A stretch of DNA of 64,000 nt from Sideroxydans sp. (GCA_027310725.1 DAIDAG010000066.1:96828-160827); one strand, 5' to 3'. Shown: positions 50,275 to 61,046, numbered from the stretch's first letter. The notes: generated by a model from the letters alone, not told the origin. Numbers and translations are program-made.

Positions 50275-51540
50275 GTGCGTTTCATACATTGTGCCGACCT
50301 TCATCTTGATAGTCCGCTACGGGGTTTGGAACGCTATGAAGGTGCTCCGGCGCAAGATATGCGGGAAGCTACACGGCGCTCGTTTGCCAACATCATAGAT
50401 CTCGCGCTAGAGCGGGAGGTCGATTTTGTTCTGATAGCCGGAGATGTGTTTGATGGTGATTGGCTCGACTTCAACACAGGGCTGTTTTTTGCGAATCAAC
50501 TGCGTCGTCTTGCCGATGCCGATATTCTTGCTTTCATTGTGCGTGGCAATCACGATGCCCTGAGCAAGATTTCTAAAGCTGTGACGCTGCCGAAGAATGT
50601 GCATGTGTTCAAATCGTCCAAGCCCGAGACGGTGGTTGATGAACATATCGGCTACGCAATCCACGGCCAGAGCTTTGCCACCGGCGTGGTCACGGATGAT
50701 CTGGCTGCCCAGTATCCAGATGCCCACCCCGGACTGCTCAACATCGGTCTGCTGCACACAGCACTCGCTGGCCGCGAGGGGCACGAATCTTACGCGCCGA
50801 CAACATCAGAAAAGCTTTCCAGCAAGGGATACCACTACTGGGCGCTTGGTCATGTACATAATCGAGAGATTGTGCGTGAGAATCCCTGGATCGTGTTTCC
50901 AGGGAATACTCAAGGAAGACACGCACGCGAACTTGGAGAGAAAGGCTGCATGGTCGTCGAAGGCGATGCGGATGAGGGCATCCGCTCAGTGGAGTTCGTC
51001 GCGACGGATGTTGCACGCTGGCAGCAGTTGACGATTGATGCTACCGACGCTACAACCCTGGACGATCTTCAGGAATCAGTTCAGCAAGCCATTCGTGGTG
51101 CAGTTTTGGAGTCCGGTGACCGTCTGCTCGCTTTTCGGCTATCGATTGGGGGGCGGACGTCGTTGCACGGAAGGATTGCCGGCAGTCCTGAAAGTTTTCG
51201 AGCGGATATTTGCGCATGGCTGAATGAAGCTTCGAGTGGTACAGCTTGGTTGGAAAAGATCAAGCTTTCAGTGTCAGCTCCATTGGACCTTGCTGTTTTG
51301 GCGAAACGAGATGATCCGTTCGGCATGCTGTTGAAGAAGCTCGACGAGCTTGCTGCCGACCCAGAGGCATTGGCGATGTTGGCGGAATCCGTTCTATCGG
51401 AACTCGAACAGAAGATCCCTGCCGAGTTACGCGAGCGGGAGTCGTCGCTAAAGCCGCTTTCGGATGAGGTTCGCATTGAGGCACTGGCAGCGGCGCGCGA
51501 GCGGCTCCTAGCCGCAATTTCTCTTGAGGCCGAGCAATGA
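50275..51540 (+). CDS. SbcD/Mre11-family metallophosphoesterase nuclease (YhaO-like)
   Basis: ADLHLD, AGDVFD, GNHD, LLHT, ALGHVH, PGNTQGRH..E.G.KG. Confidence 0.9.
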   Translation: MRFIHCADLHLDSPLRGLERYEGAPAQDMREATRRSFANIIDLALEREVDFVLIAGDVFDGDWLDFNTGLFFANQLRRLADADILAFIVRGNHDALSKISKAVTLPKNVHVFKSSKPETVVDEHIGYAIHGQSFATGVVTDDLAAQYPDAHPGLLNIGLLHTALAGREGHESYAPTTSEKLSSKGYHYWALGHVHNREIVRENPWIVFPGNTQGRHARELGEKGCMVVEGDADEGIRSVEFVATDVARWQQLTIDATDATTLDDLQESVQQAIRGAVLESGDRLLAFRLSIGGRTSLHGRIAGSPESFRADICAWLNEASSGTAWLEKIKLSVSAPLDLAVLAKRDDPFGMLLKKLDELAADPEALAMLAESVLSELEQKIPAELRERESSLKPLSDEVRIEALAAARERLLAAISLEAEQ

Positions 51541-54500
51541 GAATCTCACAACTCGACCTGAAGGCGTTTGGCCACTTTACTGATCGCAGCATCGTATTCG
51601 ATGGGGGAAAAGATTTTCATATTGCATACGGTCCTAACGAGGCCGGGAAGACGACAATTTCCCGTGCGTTGAGAGCAGCCCTGTTCGGCGTTCCAGAGCG
51701 GACGACCGATAATCACTTGCATGCCAATCCGAATATGCGCGTTGGTGTAGTGCTTGAGCTCAACGGTGAGCGGCTTGCAGCCATGCGGCGCAAGGCTCGC
51801 AAAAATAGTTTGATTAAGTACGATCCTCTGACTGGCGAGGAACTCGGTGAAGCGATTTCCGACGAGATAATGACTGCATGGATGGGTGGTCTAACAGAAG
51901 GTCTCTACACGTCAATGTTTGGCCTCGATCACGACGAGTTGGTCGCCGGAGGCAAGGCGTTGAGCGAGGGTAAAGGGGAGCTTGGGCAGAGTTTGTTCGA
52001 GGCTGGAGCGGGCCTTTCTTCGGTCAGGGCTCTGCGCGAGCGTCTTGCGAAAGAAGCTGAAGATTTGTTCCGACCCCGCGCGTCGAGTTCGGTTATTCAC
52101 AAGGTACTGGAGCAATACAGTGATGCGCGCAAGGAAGCCAAGGAAGCGCAGACCAAGCCAGCTGAATGGGAAACACTGCGAAAGGCAGCAGAAGTGGCGA
52201 GGGCTGCTTATGACGCGGCGAGATCGGAGCAAGAGGTACTTCAGCGTGAGGCTCGCCGACTTGAGCGTCTGGCCGCCGTTCTGCCTGATGTTGCGTCGCG
52301 GTCGTTTGCATTAGATCACCTCGCCATCTTGGGTGATGTGACGAAGTTACCTCATGAAGCATCAGCCGAGCGTATTGCTGCAGAAACACGATTGAGGCAG
52401 GCAGAGCAAACTGGTAGAGACGCAGCCGCCAACATGGCAGAGTTACAGGCAGAACTGGAAGCAATTAATCTGCCCCAAACAATCTTGGACGAAAGCGGGT
52501 CGATTGAGTCTCTTTATTTCACGCTTGATGCTTTCAGATCTGCACGCGATTTAGCCGCGAGCGCAAGGGGCCGCGTAGAGCAGGCCGACTCTCATATCGA
52601 CTTTCTGTTGTCAGAGATCGGTGAGTCCAGACAGGATAACCTACGTTCGTTTGTTCCGAGCGCAACCTTGCGCGCTAGAGTCCAGAGTTTGGTCACCAAA
52701 GGCGCTACGCTTCAGACTGAACTGGATGCTACGACCAGGCTTGCCGCAACAACGAAGAAAGAGCTGGAGGAGCTGAATAACGAGTTGGCTGATTTGGGGT
52801 TGCAGGATGTGCCTGCTCCTTTGATCGCAGCTATCAGCGTATTTGAGGCTCAAGGCAATCCGGAATCTAAAGCAGAAGAACTATCGCAGCAAGCTGCGAG
52901 ATTGGAAACTGCTCTGGTTCGGGACGCGGCAGCGCTGGCAGGCAGTAGCATTGATGAACTCGTTTCGATGGGGATTCCATTACCGGCAGAACTTCAACGT
53001 TTCCGTACTGCCCGTGAAGAAATCGAAACGAGGAGGCGGCTCCTCAAGGACAAGATAGAGGGCATTGAAAACGATATCGCAACTGTGAAAGGTGAGCTCG
53101 AAGGACTCATGCAGCAAGGTGAGGTTCCTACTGCAGAACACCTTGCTGAACAGCGCGGTCTTCGCGAAAGCCTCTGGCATAAGATTCGCAGCAAGGTGTT
53201 TCCTGCACCAAACGAGCAACAGTTTGAAGGTGTCCTTCCGACATCAGCGGAATACGAGTTTTCTGTTCAGGCTGCAGACGTGACGGCAGACAGCCGTTTT
53301 GCAGACGCTGCACGAGTATCTCTGTACACGGAACTACTCAAACGCCAAGCCCAGATGCAGAATGCCATAGAATTGGAAAGCGGCCGTTTGGTTTCACTCG
53401 ATACAGAGGCAAGCGATGTGAAGTTGCAGTGGCAGGCACTTATCGACAAGCATAGTCTTCCTTCTATCGGTGTTGCCGAGATGACAGATTGGCTAACTAA
53501 GCGAGAACTCTTTTTACAGCGTCACCAAGCTTATGCAGATGTTAAACATCAGGCAAGCATGCTTACAGAGCGAGCTGTGACAATGCGTACCAGTCTGTCG
53601 TTGGCATTATCAGAGGCGAAGCTGGCAGCTTGTGGTGAGAACGAGATGCTAGCTCAAGCAATTGGTCGGGCAAGGGTTTTTGTTGACCATGCGAACACCG
53701 CCGCTACCAGTCAAAAGGTGCTTGCCAGAAAGAAGAAAAGCGCCGATGAAAAGCTCGCCGACGCCGATAGACAGGCCGAAAGAGGCAATAAGCAACTGGA
53801 AGAATGGAGAGTCGGCTGGAGTGAATCCATGCAGGCAATTCGTCTTGCCCCAGACTCTGGCGGGGAAGAGGCTGCCGCGAGACTTGGACAGTTCGAAGAC
53901 TTCGAGGATGCAGTGGACTCGCTGGAAGCAGCTCGCGCCGAATTAGATTCTGCATCCTGCACTCTTACAAGGGTCGAAAAGGAAGCCGCGCGACTCTGCG
54001 AGATAACAGGTTACATCCGTGCGAATAGGCCAGATGATGCCGTGATTGAAACACTCTATGAGCGTTTGAGCGAAGCGAAAGAACTTGCACAGCGTCGGAA
54101 GTCACTTGAAGAAAGGATTAAGGAAGCTGGAAATGCTGCTACTCAGGCCGATCAAACAACCGGTTTGGCAAATCAGGAATTGGCTCGGTTAAAGTCTGTA
54201 GCCGGTTGTGAAACTCTCGCGGAGCTGGTTGATGCAGAAAATCGAAGTGCCGAACATATAAAGCTTGAAATAGAAATTGCTGCGATTGAGGCAAGGCTGG
54301 TGGTGGCATCGGCCCTTCCGCTTCAGCAGCTGTTAGAACAAGCCGCAGGGCAAGACCTGGCATTGGTTCGGGTGGCGCTTGAGCGTGCAGGCGAAGATCT
54401 TCAGACATGCACACCTCAAGTGGAGGAGAGGCACGGGAAGTTGATCGAGGCAGAGGCGGCACTTGGCAAGGTTGATGGAGATGCGAATGCGGCGGATGCA

Positions 54501-55025
54501 GAGCAAAGAGCAGCAGAAGCGGCGGCTAGGCTTTCAAATCTAATCGCCGAATATGCATCAGTACGACTCTCGTCGTCCATTATTTCGGAGGTTATCGAAA
54601 CCTACCAGCAACGCTATCAAGGGCCTCTGTTGGCGCGCGCCTCTGAACTATTTTCCACTATTACAGGCGGACGATTCTCCAAAGTCGCAACAGACTTCGA
54701 TGACGATATGACGATCCTTGTTGGCGTTCGAGCCAATGGCAAACGAGAAACCGTCAGCAATCTAAGCTCGGGTACACGGGATCAGCTTTTCCTGGCATTG
54801 CGCTTGGCCGCAATTGAGAGCCATGTTGCTAATCAGGAGCCAATGCCGGTTGTGGTGGACGACATCGTTATCAATTTTGACGACGCATCAGCGAGCGCAA
54901 CCTTCAAAGTGCTGGCGGAATTATCCAAGAAGACGCAGGTATTGTTTTTTACTCACCATGAACACTTGTTGGAAAGAGCGAAAAATGCAATAGGCTCAGG
55001 ATCATTCATGGCTCACAAGCTATAG
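51537..55025 (+). CDS. SMC/Rad50-like coiled-coil ATPase (YhaN-like, AAA_27)
   Basis: GPNEAGKTT, long coiled coil, LSSGTRDQLFLALRLA, VVDD..INFDD, FTHH. Confidence 0.9.
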   Translation: MRISQLDLKAFGHFTDRSIVFDGGKDFHIAYGPNEAGKTTISRALRAALFGVPERTTDNHLHANPNMRVGVVLELNGERLAAMRRKARKNSLIKYDPLTGEELGEAISDEIMTAWMGGLTEGLYTSMFGLDHDELVAGGKALSEGKGELGQSLFEAGAGLSSVRALRERLAKEAEDLFRPRASSSVIHKVLEQYSDARKEAKEAQTKPAEWETLRKAAEVARAAYDAARSEQEVLQREARRLERLAAVLPDVASRSFALDHLAILGDVTKLPHEASAERIAAETRLRQAEQTGRDAAANMAELQAELEAINLPQTILDESGSIESLYFTLDAFRSARDLAASARGRVEQADSHIDFLLSEIGESRQDNLRSFVPSATLRARVQSLVTKGATLQTELDATTRLAATTKKELEELNNELADLGLQDVPAPLIAAISVFEAQGNPESKAEELSQQAARLETALVRDAAALAGSSIDELVSMGIPLPAELQRFRTAREEIETRRRLLKDKIEGIENDIATVKGELEGLMQQGEVPTAEHLAEQRGLRESLWHKIRSKVFPAPNEQQFEGVLPTSAEYEFSVQAADVTADSRFADAARVSLYTELLKRQAQMQNAIELESGRLVSLDTEASDVKLQWQALIDKHSLPSIGVAEMTDWLTKRELFLQRHQAYADVKHQASMLTERAVTMRTSLSLALSEAKLAACGENEMLAQAIGRARVFVDHANTAATSQKVLARKKKSADEKLADADRQAERGNKQLEEWRVGWSESMQAIRLAPDSGGEEAAARLGQFEDFEDAVDSLEAARAELDSASCTLTRVEKEAARLCEITGYIRANRPDDAVIETLYERLSEAKELAQRRKSLEERIKEAGNAATQADQTTGLANQELARLKSVAGCETLAELVDAENRSAEHIKLEIEIAAIEARLVVASALPLQQLLEQAAGQDLALVRVALERAGEDLQTCTPQVEERHGKLIEAEAALGKVDGDANAADAEQRAAEAAARLSNLIAEYASVRLSSSIISEVIETYQQRYQGPLLARASELFSTITGGRFSKVATDFDDDMTILVGVRANGKRETVSNLSSGTRDQLFLALRLAAIESHVANQEPMPVVVDDIVINFDDASASATFKVLAELSKKTQVLFFTHHEHLLERAKNAIGSGSFMAHKL

Positions 55026-55115
55026 ATTGATCTCTGCTGTTCAAGCATAGATATGATCTCGCTTCTCCATCACAATAGAACGGTCAGAAGCAGCAGAAAC
55101 TAGGGGAGCTGGGCT

Positions 55116-57173
55116 TTGTATATATCGAAAATAAAGATTGAGAATTTCCGCCTCTTCGGCTCGGGCGACCATGCATTCGTCCTTTACCTTAACCCAGGAC
55201 TTACCGCTCTGGTTGGCGAGAACGATGCTGGCAAGACGGCAGTTATCGATGCCCTTCGTCTGGTACTTGGAACTACAGATCAAGAGTATCTCCGGCTTGA
55301 ACCGGCAGACTTTCATCAGCCACCGGATGGTGGTAACCGAGCTGCACAGATATTGATTTCTTGCACGTTTGAAGGTCTTACAGCCCATGACCGAGGAGCA
55401 TTTGCAGAGTACCTGACCTATCGTACGACCGGTGCTGGCACCGAAACCGTCCTGCAAGTTACATGGATTGCGAAAAGGGATGAGAAGGAAGGAGCCACAC
55501 GCCGCTATCTCCCAATCGAGTGGCGATCTGGCTCTGAGGGCGATGGGCCGCATCTCGATCCAGGCGCAAAGTTTCTGCTGATGGCGACGTATCTGCGCCC
55601 ATTGAGGGATGCAGAGCGATCTATGTCAGCTGGTCGAGGATCCAGACTTTCGCAGATTCTTCAACACACCCACGAAATAAAGAATAAGGGTGAGCCATTC
55701 ATGAAGTCAGCAAACCCCACGCCAGACCCCAACAAATTGAGTGTGCTTGGCCTTGGAGACTATGCCAACTATCTGCTTGGAGAGAACGAAGGGATCAAGA
55801 ACACACGCAAGAAGCTGAACACCGACTATCTCTCACCTCTTTCCTTCAGCGGAGACCCACTGGATGCCAAAATATCCGTTAGTGGCATCTCTGATGACAG
55901 CACACGTCTGCGGCAACTCCTCGAAAAGTTGGAAGTTAGCCTGAGCGCTACAGGGCTGACTGACGAGATTCATCGTCGTGGACTCGGATCGAACAATCTA
56001 CTTTTTATGGCGTGCGAATTACTATTGCTGGCGACGGAGGAGGAAGGGTTTCCGCTGCTACTCATTGAAGAGCCGGAGGCACATCTTCATCCGCAACGCC
56101 AGTTGCGCCTTATGGGGTTTCTTCAGGATCAAGCCAATATACAACGCGCCGATGGTCAGCAGATTCAAATAATTGTTACGACGCACAGTCCAAACCTTGC
56201 GTCCGATATCAAACTCGATAACCTTGTGCTTATGCGTGATGGCAAGGCTTTCTCGATGGCACGTAAAATGACTAAGCTTGAGTCAACAGACTACAGCTTT
56301 CTCAAGCGCTTCCTTGATGTCACGAAAGCGAATCTTTTCTTCGCAAGAGGTGTAATCATCGTTGAAGGTGATGCAGAGAACATTCTTTTGCCGACGCTCG
56401 CGCGCTTAATTGGGCGCGATCTTCGCGAGCATGGAGTATCACTAATCAATGTAGGCGGTGTTGGCCTTCGCCGGTACGCCAATATTTTCCAACGTGCCGA
56501 TGCCGTTAAGGATGGCGAGCTAAAAATCCCAGTGGCGTGCATTACGGATGTGGACGTGATGCCCGACTGCGCACCTTGGATTGTCGGCAAGCTCAAGGAG
56601 GGGGAGGCCATCCCGAAGATCAGCGAATCAACACGGAAGTGGCGTGTTAAACAGGACTTTCCGGGAGATGGCCTCGCTACCCATCGGGATACCATTGGAG
56701 CAAAGGCAAGCGGCCAGTGGGTCAAGACGTTTATTGCTGGTGAATGGACCCTTGAGTATGACCTCGCATTCTTTGGGCTAGGGGAAGAGGTCTGGATTGC
56801 AGCACACCTCGCCGCGAAAGACGAGAAAATCCACTTGGGGACAGCATCATTAGAGACGGAATCTGCATCAGCAGGTGCTGTATATTCAGAGTTGGCAACA
56901 AAGGGGTTATCTAAGGAAGAGCTCGCGTCCCACGTCTATGCAAAGATCACAAGCAACGGCGTCTCAAAGCCCATCGCTGCACAGTACCTCGCCGAAATTC
57001 TGGAGAATAGATTTCAAAAAAATGAACTAAACGCCAAAACCCTTCGCAGTAAGTTGCCCGTCTATTTGGTGCAGGCGATTGCCTATGTGACTAGCTCGTT
57101 TGATGAAGTAAATACGTCAGGCTTGGTAGGTGAAGATGGTGCGAAGAACTTCGGAGACGCAACTAGTGCCTAA
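55116..57173 (+). CDS. gajA: OLD-family ATP-dependent nuclease, Gabija GajA-like
   Basis: GENDAGKT, GLGSNN, IEEPEAHLHPQ, TTHSP, TOPRIM VEGDAE...DVD, TLEY. Confidence 0.88.
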   Translation: MYISKIKIENFRLFGSGDHAFVLYLNPGLTALVGENDAGKTAVIDALRLVLGTTDQEYLRLEPADFHQPPDGGNRAAQILISCTFEGLTAHDRGAFAEYLTYRTTGAGTETVLQVTWIAKRDEKEGATRRYLPIEWRSGSEGDGPHLDPGAKFLLMATYLRPLRDAERSMSAGRGSRLSQILQHTHEIKNKGEPFMKSANPTPDPNKLSVLGLGDYANYLLGENEGIKNTRKKLNTDYLSPLSFSGDPLDAKISVSGISDDSTRLRQLLEKLEVSLSATGLTDEIHRRGLGSNNLLFMACELLLLATEEEGFPLLLIEEPEAHLHPQRQLRLMGFLQDQANIQRADGQQIQIIVTTHSPNLASDIKLDNLVLMRDGKAFSMARKMTKLESTDYSFLKRFLDVTKANLFFARGVIIVEGDAENILLPTLARLIGRDLREHGVSLINVGGVGLRRYANIFQRADAVKDGELKIPVACITDVDVMPDCAPWIVGKLKEGEAIPKISESTRKWRVKQDFPGDGLATHRDTIGAKASGQWVKTFIAGEWTLEYDLAFFGLGEEVWIAAHLAAKDEKIHLGTASLETESASAGAVYSELATKGLSKEELASHVYAKITSNGVSKPIAAQYLAEILENRFQKNELNAKTLRSKLPVYLVQAIAYVTSSFDEVNTSGLVGEDGAKNFGDATSA

Positions 57174-59169
57174 AGCAAAGATGTTTCAGCATCCGATTAT
57201 GGAAGCGGCGGATGTCGCATGGGTTTGTGGTGTGATGGGTCTTCCGCAGACGGCATTTACTGGTGTTGATGGAACTGATCCGCGCCTTGCCGCACTTAGG
57301 TCTACAGAAACACTGGACATAGAGGCGTGCCCCGGAAGCGGCAAGACGACACTCCTTGTTGCAAAGCTGGCAATCCTTGCTAACAAGTGGCCTTATCGGC
57401 GGCAAGGTATTTGCGTGGTCTCGCATACCAACGCTGCACGAAATGAAATCGAGACGAAGCTTAGCTCCTGTTCAGCGGGAAGCTCTCTTCTTCGCTATCC
57501 TCATTTCGTTGGCACCATCCATTCTTTCGTTAATGAATTTCTCGCCATTCCGTGGCTTAGATCGCAGGGGCTGGCAATCAAGGCAATCGATACTGAGATT
57601 GCGCTCAATGTGCGCTGGAGCAGGGTGCCTATTGCGACCAAGAACTATCTGAAAAATAAAATGCGCGACAAATACTGCCTTTCCTATGATCGCGCAGATT
57701 TTGGAGGCGGTGATAAAAAATCATTGGGAGAACATACGCCCACTTATAAAGCTCTTGTGAAAATCTGCGAAGAAACGAGCAGGAGCGGCTACTTCTGTTA
57801 TGACGAGATGTTCGTGTGGGCTAGTCAGCTTCTTGACTCAGACCCGAATGTTCTTGATACATTGCGTTTTCGATTTCCCCTCGTCTTCATCGACGAAGTT
57901 CAAGACAACAGTGAACAACAATCTGCCTTTCTTCATCGGGTGTTCTCCGCCGGACAAAGCCCGGTGATTCGTCAGCGCTTTGGCGATTCCAATCAGGCGA
58001 TCTATCAGCACGCAGATCAAAGCGGAGCAACAACGGATCCATTCCCCGGCTCCGTGAAGGCGGATTTGCCGCACAGTTTTCGGTTTGGGCAACGTATCGC
58101 CGATCTTGCAAACCCGCTGGGTGTTGTGCCGCAAGGGTTGGTAGGTCGTGGTCCACTTCAGGAGCAAGTAACGGTCAAAAGCAGGCCGAGTGTGCTTTTT
58201 CTCTTCGATGACCAGACAATCCTTTCTGTTCTCCCTGTGTACGCTAATTACCTTCTAAATACGTTTTCTGCCGATGAACTGGCAGTTGGCATCTTCACGG
58301 CTGTTGCCGGCGTACACAAATCAGAGAAGTCTGACGAGGCTCCTCGTTTTCTCGGGCACTATGCCCCAGCATATAATCCTGCCATCAGTAGTAAGGGATC
58401 GAGCCTGGATACATTTATCCAATACATTCTGTCAGCACGGCTTGAAACTGCTGGCCATGTTGATGTATATCCAATCGTCTCAAAAACAGGGGCTGCCATT
58501 CTGCGATTGGCGCAGATCGCTGGTGCAGATATATCCTTCGCGAGGCGCAAAAGTTCCCATCGCTACGTTCTGGAGTTATTGGAAGGAAGGCCCGAACAGC
58601 ATCAATCGTATCTCAGGCTCATTGATCGTCTCATCCGTGATGGCGGTGAGATAACCCAGGCGTACTGGAACGACGAATGCAAGTCCTGCGTTTCTGCAAT
58701 TGCAGCTGCGATTGCAGACAAACCTGCTACTTCGAGCGAATGCGCCAAATTCCTTGAATGGGTGTCGTCAACAGCGGCATCCGCAGCCCAGATTCCAGAA
58801 ACGCCAGAGAATGTGTACCGCTATCCGCCAGAGGCACCAAGGGTCAATGTTCGGCTGGGTTCCATTCACTCAGTGAAGGGGGAGACTCATACTGCGACAC
58901 TTGTGTTGGAATCCTATTTCCATTCCCATCATTTGCAAGAGCTAAAGCCTTGGCTATTGGGTATGAAAACTGGCGGCACAGGGCAAAAAGTGAGAATGAC
59001 CGGGCGGCTCAAACTCCACTATGTCGCCATGACCCGTCCCTCCCACCTCCTTTGCCTTGCGATGCGCCGAGACTCTCTTGATGCTGCAGAGATAACAACG
59101 CTTGCAGGGCGTGGATGGCATATCATCGACTGCACTGGAAATAACAAAACGGCCAGTGAAGGCGCATAA
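57166..59169 (+). CDS. gajB: UvrD-like helicase, Gabija GajB-like
   Basis: [47 protein letters not shown]; overlaps the gajA stop. Confidence 0.85.
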   Translation: MPKAKMFQHPIMEAADVAWVCGVMGLPQTAFTGVDGTDPRLAALRSTETLDIEACPGSGKTTLLVAKLAILANKWPYRRQGICVVSHTNAARNEIETKLSSCSAGSSLLRYPHFVGTIHSFVNEFLAIPWLRSQGLAIKAIDTEIALNVRWSRVPIATKNYLKNKMRDKYCLSYDRADFGGGDKKSLGEHTPTYKALVKICEETSRSGYFCYDEMFVWASQLLDSDPNVLDTLRFRFPLVFIDEVQDNSEQQSAFLHRVFSAGQSPVIRQRFGDSNQAIYQHADQSGATTDPFPGSVKADLPHSFRFGQRIADLANPLGVVPQGLVGRGPLQEQVTVKSRPSVLFLFDDQTILSVLPVYANYLLNTFSADELAVGIFTAVAGVHKSEKSDEAPRFLGHYAPAYNPAISSKGSSLDTFIQYILSARLETAGHVDVYPIVSKTGAAILRLAQIAGADISFARRKSSHRYVLELLEGRPEQHQSYLRLIDRLIRDGGEITQAYWNDECKSCVSAIAAAIADKPATSSECAKFLEWVSSTAASAAQIPETPENVYRYPPEAPRVNVRLGSIHSVKGETHTATLVLESYFHSHHLQELKPWLLGMKTGGTGQKVRMTGRLKLHYVAMTRPSHLLCLAMRRDSLDAAEITTLAGRGWHIIDCTGNNKTASEGA

Positions 59170-59225
59170 CTGAAATTCACGATTATCCATGCTGGGTAAT
59201 AACCGGATGCTACATGCCTGTAAAC

Positions 59226-59444
59226 CGACAGAAGCCCGCGTTCAGCAAAGCTGATCACTGATCCTCCTGCCACAATGATATGGTCGAGCACACGAACATC
59301 CACCAGCGATAAAGCCTGCTTGAGTGCCTGTGTCAGCAGTTCATCACATTTGCTGGGCTCTGCAACGCCGCTGGGATGATTGTGTGCAAATATCACGGCA
59401 ACGGCATTGTGATGGAGAGCTGCCTTGACCACCTCACGTGGAAC
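59226..59444 (-). pseudogene. radC: RadC (JAB domain) C-terminal fragment
   Basis: [45 protein letters not shown]...SFAERGLL; no N-terminus and no stop at the usual end. Confidence 0.85.
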
Positions 59445-59579
59445 TGCCTGACGATGTTTGTGTGATCACCGAAGCCATTGAAAATTATGGAAGGCCGCAG
59501 GGATGCGACTTTTTTTCTGCCATTCGGGCTGGGTGGTAAGATTTCGCAATAATTATTGCAACATGGCGGAGGTTTTTTC

Positions 59580-59984
59580 ATGTCAAGTATGAACTGGTTG
59601 CCATTACCGCGATCGCGCGGCGCCTTCGGACAGACTCTGTCCGAGGATGGGCTGCTCCTCGCGCTGCAGGCTGAAAATGCCGGGCGCTCATTCGCCGGCG
59701 GCGAGCATGAGGCAATGCTGCTGGCCGTCGGGCTGGATGCAGTCACGGTCACCGATCCGGCGCGGGTAAAGCTGGCGCTTATTGATCAACACCAGGCGAA
59801 AGAGGCGCTGGGCAGCGTCCTGGCCTCCGACGATTCCGCCGGCTTCATGGGGCGCATGAAAAAGAAAGACCGGCAGGCGATCGAGGAACAGCGCGCAAAA
59901 GTAGGGCGCTATATCGAACTGCTTGACGTGGCGCTCAGGAAGGCAGAGGAGCGGGTTGGAATGGGGCAGGAGAGGTTGGAATAG
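59580..59984 (+). CDS. Hypothetical protein, paralog of the C-terminal domain of 38485-39228
   Basis: RBS GGAGG; HEAMLLAVGLD...DP..VKLA...DD..GFMGRMKK.DR. Confidence 0.65.
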   Translation: MSSMNWLPLPRSRGAFGQTLSEDGLLLALQAENAGRSFAGGEHEAMLLAVGLDAVTVTDPARVKLALIDQHQAKEALGSVLASDDSAGFMGRMKKKDRQAIEEQRAKVGRYIELLDVALRKAEERVGMGQERLE

Positions 59985-60228
59985 AGTTCCCGCCGTATTA
60001 TGGATTGACTATGAGAGCGGAAACGAAGTCCAATCTCTCGACGAGGCGTCACCGGCGATCCAGGAGGCTGTTGAGTGGCTGCAGGCGCGTGGTGACTACA
60101 TTGAAATAGGCATCCGCTGATGGCGGCGAGCATGTTTTGGTGAAAAACAAACCGGGCGACGACAGTCTGGACTTCAAGCGTCCTTGAAGTGCCCAGCACG
60201 AAGCCGGAAGTTCTGCCAGCTTCGTGCC

Positions 60229-60465
60229 TTACTCGGGGTTAAAAGGCGCAACGGTGACGCCTTCACAGCGGATTCCTCTCGCCACGTCAAATCCGGATCC
60301 ACCCATCAGCGATTTGATATGAACAAAATCTGGCTGATGAACGTACAGCCTGGATGGTTTGTTTTGCGACGACGTGATCTGTGTGCGCAGCAGCGTAACG
60401 ATCTTTCTCCCGCGACTATCGAGGCATTTGGTGTGTTCGGCTACATCCGGTATCGAGCGACCCAT
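60229..60465 (-). CDS. Small hypothetical protein (possibly truncated)
   Basis: RBS GGGGGA before the ATG at 60465; divergent from 60574. Confidence 0.35.
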   Translation of the reverse strand: MGRSIPDVAEHTKCLDSRGRKIVTLLRTQITSSQNKPSRLYVHQPDFVHIKSLMGGSGFDVARGIRCEGVTVAPFNPE

Positions 60466-60497
60466 GATTCCCCCCTGAAAATGTGCGGACATATTAA

Positions 60498-60531
60498 CGC
60501 AAGAGTTAATAATGCACCAATTACCTACGCA
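60498..60531. promoter_or_regulatory. Tandem degenerate operator CGCA-N11-TGCA-N11-CGCA
   Basis: Lies between divergent ORFs and has the exact 11-nt spacing twice. Confidence 0.5.
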
Positions 60532-60573
60532 TGCTAGAATTCCTTCATCACAGATTCGCAGAAAGGAAATGTC

Positions 60574-60852
60574 ATGCAAATTAAGAGTTTCCCTATTCAA
60601 AATGGCAATTCATACAGCATTCGCAGCGGCGGGGCGCTAATTGATCTTGAGATCGAGGACACGCCGGCCAAGGCGGCGAGTTTTTACGCCGACGACAACT
60701 TCAGAGTCGGCAATCTCGGTATCTATGAGAACGGCGAGCTGCTGAAAAACTGGCAGGTATACATCACAGAGAACGGCGCGGTGTTCTGCATGGAGGACGA
60801 CTTCTACCGGGCACTGGATCTGTTTGTAACCCTGTCCAACAGTCAGAAATAG
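60574..60852 (+). CDS. Hypothetical protein
   Basis: RBS AAGGA, 92 aa. Confidence 0.6.
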   Translation: MQIKSFPIQNGNSYSIRSGGALIDLEIEDTPAKAASFYADDNFRVGNLGIYENGELLKNWQVYITENGAVFCMEDDFYRALDLFVTLSNSQK

Positions 60853-61046
60853 CATGCCTAGTCTCGAAAAACGGAAGTGGTGCTACGTTCTGCCGCCGGC
60901 AACATACGAGATGGCGCCATGCACGTGCGGCAACGCCGATACACAGTGGTCGGAGTTCGTCGGTAAAAAAAACCGGTGCGATGGCGATGACATCATCGTC
61001 AGTCAAAGGACGGTGAATCATTTTCATAAAACCAAGGGGGTGTTAA

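Larger units (their letters stand above)
40047..59225 (+). mobile_element. Anti-phage defence island inserted in the conjugative backbone
   Basis: Contiguous type III R-M variant, YhaO/YhaN-like pair and Gabija; lacks the backbone operator; ends at a radC remnant. Confidence 0.6.

Noticed and set aside
55064-55076. 13-nt match (TCTCCATCACAAT) to the radC fragment on the opposite strand
   Set aside because: Matches of this length are expected by chance in 64 kb.
59019-59432. 137-aa ORF as an intact RadC
   Set aside because: It lacks the N-terminal part of the JAB domain, and the read-through tail overlaps gajB antisense.
59546-59559. Palindrome GCAATAATTATTGC as a member of the operator family
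   Set aside because: The spacer is 8 rather than 11 nt; it may be a separate site but is unsupported.
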